Of a stretch of 64,000 nt of DNA, positions 56,755 to 64,000 are shown one piece after another (within the stretch, counting starts at the first letter, position 1; each line of letters begins with the position of its first letter). The translations under genes and the position numbers were made by a program. The notes under the pieces are model-generated. The model was not told the DNA's origin. It made no database searches and saw only the letters and a list, made by a program, of their open reading frames with translations. The stretch is from Rikenellaceae bacterium (GTDB lineage: Bacteria; Bacteroidota; Bacteroidia; Bacteroidales; Rikenellaceae): the NCBI GenBank assembly GCA_015060015.1, contig SUZG01000001.1:23605-87604 (forward strand), read 5' to 3'.

Positions 56755-56762
56755 CGAATGTA

Positions 56763-56859
56763 TTTTTTTATTAAAAAGGTAAATACACAAAGTTTACAAA
56801 CTTACAAAAATTAATGCTTATGGTTAGGAAAATTGTACTTTCTATCGTAGCTGTTCTGG
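56763..56859 (+). repeat. Right arm of 97-bp perfect inverted repeat (5' UTR + first 15 codons of right susC)
   Basis: TTTTTTTATTAAAAAGGTAAATACACAAAGTTTACAAACTTACAAAAATTAATGCTTATGGTTAGGAAAATTGTACTTTCTATCGTAGCTGTTCTGG. Confidence 0.95.
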
Positions 56860-59800
56860 CAGTGAGCTTCGCAGCCCTTGCACAGAACAAGCAAGTGAGT
56901 GGTACGGTAACTAATTCAGACGGTTTGGCTGTCGCTGGTGCAACTGTTATCGTTGAGGGCACAACAAACGGAGTTATTACCGACACTAATGGTGCATTTA
57001 ATTTGTCTGCACCCGCAAACGGTACACTCGTAGTTTCTTTCCTCGGTTATGAGGAGGAGTCTATTCCCGTTGCAGGCAAGACAAGCATCAACGTAGTTTT
57101 GAAGACTGCCTCTGAGAAGCTCGACGAGGTTACAGTCGTTGCTTTCGGCACAAAGCGTAAGCAGGATATCGTAGGTTCTGTGGCAACTGTTAAGGAGGGT
57201 CTTATCAGCAACTCACAGGCTACATCAGTATCTGCTGCTTTGGAGGGTGCCGTTGCAGGTTTGCAGGTCTTCACATCATCAGGTCAGCCCGGTTCTGACT
57301 CATCAATCCTCTTGCGTGGTGTTGGTTCTTTGGATGGTAGCAACAGTGCTTTGATCGTTGTTGACGGTGTGCCTTTCAATGGCTCATTGTCAGACTTGAA
57401 CCCCGCCGACATCCAGTCAATCACCGTATCAAAGGACGCCGTATCTAACTCATTGTACGGTTCACGTGCTGCCGGTGGTGTGGTTATGGTAACTACAAAG
57501 CGTGGTTCTAACGACCGCATTCAGATTAACTTCACAGGTAACTGGGGTGTTACAAGCCGTGCTTACAAGGATTACGACATGGTAACCGATCCGGGTGAGT
57601 TCTATGAGTTGACATGGTATGGTATCCGTAACTCAGAGTGGGCAAAGAACGAGCATGATCTTGCTGCCGCTAATGCTTATGCAACAGATGCTTTGCTTGG
57701 TGAAGTAGGTAACTACAACGCATTCATCATTCCAGAGGGCGAGCCTTTGGTAGGTCTTGATGGTAAGTTGAACCCCAATGCTCGTGCTCGTTACAACGAC
57801 TCATTTGCTGATGCATTGTTCGATACATCATTCCGTCAGGAGTATCAGGTATCTGCAGCCGGTGGTTCAGACAAGTCTGACTACTATGTATCATTGAGCT
57901 ACCTTGATAACGACTCTTACGTTATCGGTTCAGACTTCACTCGTTTGACTACACGTGTTAATCTTAACACTCAGCTCCGTAAGTGGTTGCGCGTAGGTGC
58001 TAACCTCTCTTACTCAAAGACAGATCAGAATGGTGTTCAGGAGAGCACAAGTGCTGCTTCTAACCCATTTGACGTTGCTCGTGGCTGGGCTCCTATCTAC
58101 CCCGTACACGCATACGATGCAGAGGGTAACTTGAAGTACAACGTTGACGGTACTCCTATGTACGATGCTGGTACAGGTCAGACTGACGGTACTATTTCTC
58201 GTCCTACTGCAACCAACCAGAACGTTGTTTGCTCTATGTTGGAGGATGTTCGTAACGCTGAGTCACACAACCTTGCTACTCGCTTGTTCGCAGAGATTAA
58301 GTTCCTGAAGGACTTCACTTTCACTGCTAACTACGCTTACGACTACTCTCACTCTTTCCAGACTGTTTACTATACTCCTACTATCGGTGATGGTCAGTCA
58401 TTCCAGGGTCGTAGTACAAAGTATTCAGGTTCAGGTACTACTACCAACTTCAACCAGATTTTGGCTTACAACAAGATCGTTGGCGAGCACAATATATCTG
58501 CAAAGATTGGTCACGAGTACTATGTATATAAGGGTAGAGGTTTCGAGGGTCAGAAGACTCGTTTCTTTGATCCTATGAACCACGAGCTTATCAATGGTGG
58601 TCAGATGGAGTATATCACATCTTCTACCTCACACCACAACATCGAGGGTTACTTCGCTATGGCAGACTACAACTATGGTAGCAAGTACTATTTGTCAGCT
58701 GCTTATCGTCGTGACGGTACATCTCGTTTCTTGCAGCGTTGGGGTAACTTCTGGTCAGTAGGTGCTGGCTGGCGAATCTCAAAGGAGAAGTGGATGGAGA
58801 ACGCAACGTGGGTTAACGACTTGAAGATCCGTGCATCTTATGGTACACAGGGTAATGAGAATGGTAACCTGGGTTACACTCCTTATCAGGACTTGTGGTC
58901 AGTAACCTGGGATGGTTCACAGCTCGCATACTCTCCTGCATTCTACGGTAACCCCGATTTGACTTGGGAGAAGCAGGCTACTGTTGACGCAGGTATCGAC
59001 TTCCGTTTGTGGAATCGCGTATCAGGTTCTATTGAGTACTACTACCGTAAGACCGATGATATGCTCTTCCAGGTTCCGAAGTCAATCGCTTCAGGTCGTC
59101 CTTACAACTGGGAGAACCTCGGTGCTATGTCAAACCAGGGTGTTGAGTTCGAGGTAACTGTTGATTTGGTTAAGACTCGCAAGGTTAACTGGTCTGTAAC
59201 TTTGGTAGGTGCTCACAACACTAACAAGTTGCTCACTCTTCCCGAGGAGAATCGTGCAGATGGTATCGTAGCTGGTCAGTTCAAGCGTATGGAGGGTAAG
59301 AGTATCTATGAGTACTACACTTACCGCTATGCAGGTATGAACGAGCAAGGTCAGCCTCAGTGGCACGGCTTCCAGCGTGATGATGAGGGTGAGTATGTTC
59401 TCGACGAGGCAGGTAACAAGATCCCTGCAATCTCTACTAACTACTCTTACGCTGAGAAGGAGTACATTGGCAAGGTTGCTACTCCCGATTTGACTGGTGG
59501 TTTGAGCACTACATTCAAGTGGAACGGTATCGATGTTAACATCGCAACTGCATTCCAGATTGGTGGTTGGGCATATGACTCTTCTTATGTTGGTGAATTG
59601 AGCCAATCATTCTATGTTGGTCACCACCGCGATATGTGGAAGACTTTCAACCCCGAGACTATGGAGGGTAAGTATCCTATCTGGAACGCTAACGATTCTG
59701 TTAACACCTATACTAAGGCATCTGATGCACACCTTATCAGTGCTTCTTACTTCAGCTTGCGTAACGTAACTATCGGTTACTCATTCCCCAAGAAGTGGAT

Positions 59801-59972
59801 GCAGAAGTTGGGTATCGGTGGTATCCGTGTATATGTAACAGGAGATAACCTCGCTTTGTGGTCTAAGCGTCAGGGATTTGACCCACGTGTATCTGTAAGC
59901 GGTGGAAACAGTGGTTTCAGTGGTTATGCTCCTTTGCGTGTAATCTCTGGTGGTATTAACCTTACATTCTAA
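56814..59972 (+). CDS. SusC/RagA family TonB-dependent transporter (right pair)
   Basis: GQPGSDSSILLRG, LNPADIQSITVSKDA..SLYGSRAAGGV, LTWEKQ and APLRVISGGINLTF. Confidence 0.95.
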   Translation: MLMVRKIVLSIVAVLAVSFAALAQNKQVSGTVTNSDGLAVAGATVIVEGTTNGVITDTNGAFNLSAPANGTLVVSFLGYEEESIPVAGKTSINVVLKTASEKLDEVTVVAFGTKRKQDIVGSVATVKEGLISNSQATSVSAALEGAVAGLQVFTSSGQPGSDSSILLRGVGSLDGSNSALIVVDGVPFNGSLSDLNPADIQSITVSKDAVSNSLYGSRAAGGVVMVTTKRGSNDRIQINFTGNWGVTSRAYKDYDMVTDPGEFYELTWYGIRNSEWAKNEHDLAAANAYATDALLGEVGNYNAFIIPEGEPLVGLDGKLNPNARARYNDSFADALFDTSFRQEYQVSAAGGSDKSDYYVSLSYLDNDSYVIGSDFTRLTTRVNLNTQLRKWLRVGANLSYSKTDQNGVQESTSAASNPFDVARGWAPIYPVHAYDAEGNLKYNVDGTPMYDAGTGQTDGTISRPTATNQNVVCSMLEDVRNAESHNLATRLFAEIKFLKDFTFTANYAYDYSHSFQTVYYTPTIGDGQSFQGRSTKYSGSGTTTNFNQILAYNKIVGEHNISAKIGHEYYVYKGRGFEGQKTRFFDPMNHELINGGQMEYITSSTSHHNIEGYFAMADYNYGSKYYLSAAYRRDGTSRFLQRWGNFWSVGAGWRISKEKWMENATWVNDLKIRASYGTQGNENGNLGYTPYQDLWSVTWDGSQLAYSPAFYGNPDLTWEKQATVDAGIDFRLWNRVSGSIEYYYRKTDDMLFQVPKSIASGRPYNWENLGAMSNQGVEFEVTVDLVKTRKVNWSVTLVGAHNTNKLLTLPEENRADGIVAGQFKRMEGKSIYEYYTYRYAGMNEQGQPQWHGFQRDDEGEYVLDEAGNKIPAISTNYSYAEKEYIGKVATPDLTGGLSTTFKWNGIDVNIATAFQIGGWAYDSSYVGELSQSFYVGHHRDMWKTFNPETMEGKYPIWNANDSVNTYTKASDAHLISASYFSLRNVTIGYSFPKKWMQKLGIGGIRVYVTGDNLALWSKRQGFDPRVSVSGGNSGFSGYAPLRVISGGINLTF

Positions 59973-59997
59973 TTAACAGTAACCTTAAAAACAGATA

Positions 59998-61611
59998 ATG
60001 CTTATGAAAAAGATATTTTTAATCTTGGCGGCAGGTGTTGCAGTAACACTTACGTCTTGTCTTAAGGACGCAGAGGTTACAGCTTACTTGACTCCGGATT
60101 CAAAGAACGAGATCGCATCTGCAGATCCCGGTAAGATTTTTGATGCCGCTGTAGCCGGTATCTATACAGACATCCAAAGTTATGTTTATTCTAACCAGCA
60201 GCACAACAACTTTGGTCAGAAGAGTTTTGACTACCTTTCATCACTGTTGGGTAACGACTTGATTATGACAGGCCGTTTCGGTATGAGTTTGTATCACTAT
60301 CAGTTGTCTTCTTGGTCAGACACCCAGTATTGGTTTGTTGAGAACCGTTGGAGAGAGCACTACAACCATATTTCAAACGCAAACTCTATCCTTGGCTCTA
60401 TCTCAGCTGATGAGACCAATCCTGAGGTTTTGAAGTATAAGGCTTATGCACAGACTGCTCGTGGTTATGCATACCTGCACCTCTCTTACCTCTTTGGTGT
60501 ACCTTACTATATGGGTGCCGAGGGTACTGCTTGGGGTATGAACACCAAGTACTCTGGTTCTAACGCCGATGCTCCTTGTGTACCTATCATCAAGGAGGAT
60601 ACTCAGGGTGACCAGCCTCGTGCAACTGTAGGTCAGGTATTTGAGCTTATCGTTAGCGATTTGACAGCTGCTTATGAGTTCTTCGATGCTAATGGTATGC
60701 TTATGACAGCAACTCCTACCGACTTTGATGGTTTGGTAGCAGCTAACTACTTGATGCGTGCTCATATGATTATGCACAACTGGACTGAGGCCGAGCAGTA
60801 TGCAAAGATTATCGTTGATACAGCTCCTATAGCATCTGCTGCTGATTTGATGCAGGGCTTTAGCGATATCTCTCTTCCTAACGTCATCTTTGGTTGCGAT
60901 ATTACTGCCGATAACACTACCACCTATATGTCATACTTCTCACAGATGGATATGTTCGGTGATGGTTATGCAGGTATTGGTGTATGGCGTGCAGCTGATG
61001 CTCGTTTGATGTCTAACATCCCTACAACCGATATCCGTCGTGACTGGTTCGTATGTCCTGATAACCACGCCAAGTTGAGTGCAGAGTTGGGCTTGTACCC
61101 AATTCCGTACTACACAGAGGGTCCATCACCTGCTAACTTCCCTATGTATCAGGCTTGTAAGTTCATTGGTGCAGGTCGTGCTAATGTTGTTGACGGTTAT
61201 GGCGATGGCTGGCACCTCGGTGACTACATCTACTTGCGTTCAGAGGAGGCACACTATTGCTTGGCTGAGATCTATGCTCACCAGAACAACTTGGATGGTG
61301 CTATCAAGGTATTGGAGGATCTTACCAAGATTCGTAACGCAGAGTACGCTTATGCAGGTGCGAAGACAAAGGCAGATGTTATCTCTGAGATTATCCTTCA
61401 GAAGCGTATCGAGTTCTGGGGTGAGGGTCTTGAGCATATCGACAACCGTCGTTTGAACATCCCTGTTACTCGTAACTACGAGGGTAGCAACCACCTTGCT
61501 GCTTGTGCTTACAATATTGGTCAGGAGGATCCACGTTTCGTATATATGATTCCTATCGCCGAGATCGAGGCTAACTCAATGATCGATGAGGAGGATCAGA
61601 ATATGCACTAG
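59998..61611 (+). CDS. RagB/SusD family lipoprotein (right pair)
   Basis: Lipobox TLTS-C, AQTARGYAYLHL, YLRSEEAHYCLAE and KRIEFWGEG. Confidence 0.93.
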   Translation: MLMKKIFLILAAGVAVTLTSCLKDAEVTAYLTPDSKNEIASADPGKIFDAAVAGIYTDIQSYVYSNQQHNNFGQKSFDYLSSLLGNDLIMTGRFGMSLYHYQLSSWSDTQYWFVENRWREHYNHISNANSILGSISADETNPEVLKYKAYAQTARGYAYLHLSYLFGVPYYMGAEGTAWGMNTKYSGSNADAPCVPIIKEDTQGDQPRATVGQVFELIVSDLTAAYEFFDANGMLMTATPTDFDGLVAANYLMRAHMIMHNWTEAEQYAKIIVDTAPIASAADLMQGFSDISLPNVIFGCDITADNTTTYMSYFSQMDMFGDGYAGIGVWRAADARLMSNIPTTDIRRDWFVCPDNHAKLSAELGLYPIPYYTEGPSPANFPMYQACKFIGAGRANVVDGYGDGWHLGDYIYLRSEEAHYCLAEIYAHQNNLDGAIKVLEDLTKIRNAEYAYAGAKTKADVISEIILQKRIEFWGEGLEHIDNRRLNIPVTRNYEGSNHLAACAYNIGQEDPRFVYMIPIAEIEANSMIDEEDQNMH

Positions 61612-61633
61612 GATTAAATCCTAATACATCTTC

Positions 61634-61667
61634 AAGAGTATCGCCTGCGGGCGGTACTCTTTTTTTT
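61634..61667 (+). terminator. Terminator of the right susC/susD operon
   Basis: AAGAGTATCGCC-tgcg-GGCGGTACTCTT + T-run. Confidence 0.85.
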
Positions 61668-61829
61668 GTGCATCGGGATTATGAACGGATGCGTTTTGCA
61701 ACAGATTGAAATATATGGCCATTACGACGAGGAGTAGAACAAAATGTTCTTTTTACTATATTTTTTGATACTGTATTGTAGATTTTGACACAAAAATATT
61801 ATATTTGTGTTACGAAAAACTTTTGTTGG

Positions 61830-63866
61830 ATGAAAAGAGAGAAACAAATTTTGCCAATCGTCGCACAGGACGAGTGGCTACAACCTGTCGCTGACCGCAT
61901 TGAGGATAGGCACAACCGCTACAAGGCCCGCATGACAGACATCGAGTCGCAGGCCGGCTCGATAGTCGATTATGCCAACGGACACCACTTCTACGGCTGG
62001 CAATGGGACGACACATTGCAGGGCTGGTGGTTCCGCGAGTGGCTGCCCGAAGCCTACGATGTATTCATCTTCGGCGACTTCAACTCATGGCAACGCACAC
62101 AGCTACGCCTCGACAAGGGCGAGAATGGCGTGTGGAGCATCTTCCTGCCCGAAGCGATGTATGGCCATCTGTTGCAGCACGGCTCACTCTACAAGCTGCA
62201 TATTCACGGCAAGAACGGCTGGCACGACCGCATACCCGCCTACGCGAAGCGTGTGGTGCAGGACGAGGCCACGAAGAACTATACGGCCCAATTCTGGAAT
62301 GAGAAGCCCTACGAGTGGCATGACGAGGAGTTCGACATCGCGAATGTGGGCGAGCTGCTCATATACGAGGCTCACGTCGGTATGGCACAGGAGAAGGAGG
62401 GTGTCGGCACCTACAACGAGTTCACCGACATCGTGCTGCCCCGCATCAAGGCTGCCGGCTACAACGCCGTACAGCTTATGGCCATAGCCGAGCACCCCTA
62501 CTACGGCTCGTTTGGCTATCACGTCGCCAACTTCTTTGCCCCCTCGTCACGCTTTGGTACGCCCGAGGAGCTGAAACACCTCATAGACACAGCTCACTCG
62601 ATGGGTATAGCAGTGATTATGGACCTGGTACACGCCCACTATGTGAAGAACCTCAACGAGGGTATCGCCTCGCTGGATGGCTCCGACCACCACTACTCAA
62701 AGGCCGGCGATGCGGGCTATCAGAAGTATTGGGACTCGATGATTTTCGACTACGGCAAGGGTGGCGTGGAGCATTTCCTTCTGTCAAATGTGAAATACTG
62801 GTTGGAGGAGTATCACTTCGACGGCTACCGCTTTGACGGCGTAACCTCTATGCTCTATTACCACCGAGGATATATCGACTTCGATGCTCGCGAGAAGTTC
62901 TTTGACGAGGGTGTCGATCTGGACGCTGTGACCTACCTCACGCTGGCAAATCATCTGGTACACGAGCTGAAACCTACGGCGGTGACCATCGCCGAGGATG
63001 TGAGTGGTATGCCGGGCAGCTGCTCGCCGATAAAGGATGGCGGTATGGGCTTCGACTATCGTTTGGGTATGGCTATACCCGACTTCTGGATTAAGATGCT
63101 GAAGGATACGCCCGACGAGGATTGGAATATCTGGGAGATGTGGAGTGTGCTGACAAACCGCCTGCCGAGTGTCCGCACGGTGGCCTATGCCGAGTCGCAC
63201 GACCAGGCTTTAGTGGGCGACAAGACCATTGCGTTCCGCCTGCTGGACAAGCTGATGTACGACTCGATGGACCGCAAGACGGAGAGTATGATAGTCGATA
63301 GAGGTATGGCTCTGCACAAGATGATACGCCTGATAACCATCACTACGGGCGGCGAGGCCTACCTCAACTTTATGGGTAACGAGTTCGGCCACCCCGAGTG
63401 GATTGACTTCCCTCGCGAGGGTAACGGCTGGTCATACTCGCACGCACGCCGTCAGTGGTCGCTTGCCGACAACGAGGAGCTGCGTTACCAGTATCTCGCC
63501 GAGTTTGACCGAGCAATGATTGCTCTGGTGCGTAACACCCACCTGCTCTCGGACGGCTACCCCTACAACCTGCTTATGGACGAGCAGAACAAGACTATGG
63601 TCTATTCGCATCGCGACCTTATATTTATCCTCAACTGGCACCCCACCGCCTCGATACCCAACTACGAGCTGCCTGTGGGCGAGCCGGGCAAGTATGTGTC
63701 GATACTCACCACCGAGGAGGCACGCTTCGGCGGCCTGCAACGACAGCAGGTGGGCGAGGAGTTCTTCACCTTCAACTTCGAGTGTGAGGATGGCTGCGTG
63801 CAGCCGCGACTGCAAATCTATAACACCTCGCGTTCGGCTCTCGTGCTGAAAAAGATTGCCGAGTAG
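61830..63866 (+). CDS. glgB: 1,4-alpha-glucan branching enzyme (GH13)
   Basis: FREWLPEA, IYEAHVGMAQE, HPYYGSFGYHV, MDLVHAH, FDGYRFDGVTSM, IAEDVSG, YAESHDQA and LNFMGNEFGHPEWIDFPR; -7 box TATATTTG at 61800-61807 supports ATG 61830. Confidence 0.94.
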   Translation: MKREKQILPIVAQDEWLQPVADRIEDRHNRYKARMTDIESQAGSIVDYANGHHFYGWQWDDTLQGWWFREWLPEAYDVFIFGDFNSWQRTQLRLDKGENGVWSIFLPEAMYGHLLQHGSLYKLHIHGKNGWHDRIPAYAKRVVQDEATKNYTAQFWNEKPYEWHDEEFDIANVGELLIYEAHVGMAQEKEGVGTYNEFTDIVLPRIKAAGYNAVQLMAIAEHPYYGSFGYHVANFFAPSSRFGTPEELKHLIDTAHSMGIAVIMDLVHAHYVKNLNEGIASLDGSDHHYSKAGDAGYQKYWDSMIFDYGKGGVEHFLLSNVKYWLEEYHFDGYRFDGVTSMLYYHRGYIDFDAREKFFDEGVDLDAVTYLTLANHLVHELKPTAVTIAEDVSGMPGSCSPIKDGGMGFDYRLGMAIPDFWIKMLKDTPDEDWNIWEMWSVLTNRLPSVRTVAYAESHDQALVGDKTIAFRLLDKLMYDSMDRKTESMIVDRGMALHKMIRLITITTGGEAYLNFMGNEFGHPEWIDFPREGNGWSYSHARRQWSLADNEELRYQYLAEFDRAMIALVRNTHLLSDGYPYNLLMDEQNKTMVYSHRDLIFILNWHPTASIPNYELPVGEPGKYVSILTTEEARFGGLQRQQVGEEFFTFNFECEDGCVQPRLQIYNTSRSALVLKKIAE

Positions 63867-63890
63867 CAAGGCTGCAACGTGTTGATACTG

Positions 63891-63921
63891 TGCGGGTGGG
63901 GCTTCTCACCCGCATTTTTTT
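63891..63921 (+). terminator. Terminator after glgB
   Basis: TGCGGGTG-gggcttct-CACCCGCA + T7. Confidence 0.85.
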
Positions 63922-64000
63922 GGTCGGAACAGAGGGTGGTACGAGGCAGGGAGGCTCTCGCGACCATTCTTTGCAAAAAAAATCAACAATTATTAAATTT

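Larger units (their letters stand above)
54856..56762. other. Putative invertible DNA segment (~1.9 kb) carrying a recombinase gene and a promoter
   Basis: Bounded by 97-bp perfect inverted repeats; contains a tyrosine recombinase and an outward-facing consensus promoter. Confidence 0.8.

Noticed and set aside
61830-63866. glgB as a PUL enzyme partnered with the right susC/susD
   Set aside because: Separated by a strong terminator, has its own promoter, and has no signal peptide; it looks like the cytoplasmic glycogen branching enzyme.

Overview
A 64-kb Bacteroidota window. TAnnTTTG/TTTG promoters, SusC/SusD pairs and the pdxJ-nadK-uppS-bamA-skp-skp block point to Bacteroidales; Rikenellaceae/Alistipes-like is my inference. 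Housekeeping blocks include plsC/BASS, tRNA-Glu(CTC), an RND pump, xerC-hpf, a class I fumarase, cca, pdxJ, nadK, uppS, bamA, two Skp genes, an ABC-2 exporter, threonine aldolase and glgB. Three accessory loci stand out. (1) 50.1-61.6 kb: two divergent RagAB-like susC/susD pairs whose 5' UTR and first 15 codons form a perfect 97-bp inverted repeat (54759-54855 / 56763-56859). The repeat encloses a tyrosine recombinase and one clear promoter, so this looks like a DNA-inversion switch that currently expresses the right-hand pair. (2) 14.9-23.1 kb: a B12-dependent methylaspartate glutamate-fermentation operon (glmS-glmL-glmE-mal) with a divergent fumarase/mesaconase. It has no citramalate lyase genes, and an AtuA-family plus DUF4387 pair sits where that step is expected. 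(3) 24.0-33.9 kb: crcB with a non-canonical structured leader, and a Yersinia/Brucella-type urease operon with a urea channel and Ni/Co ECF transporter. Two copies of a ~150-bp MITE-like element lie here, with CGGAATTAT ends, 8-bp target duplications, an 84-86-bp shared core with A-B-C/A'-B'-C' complementarity, and copy-specific self-complementary inner arms. Counts and alignments were done by eye; no database searches were run.
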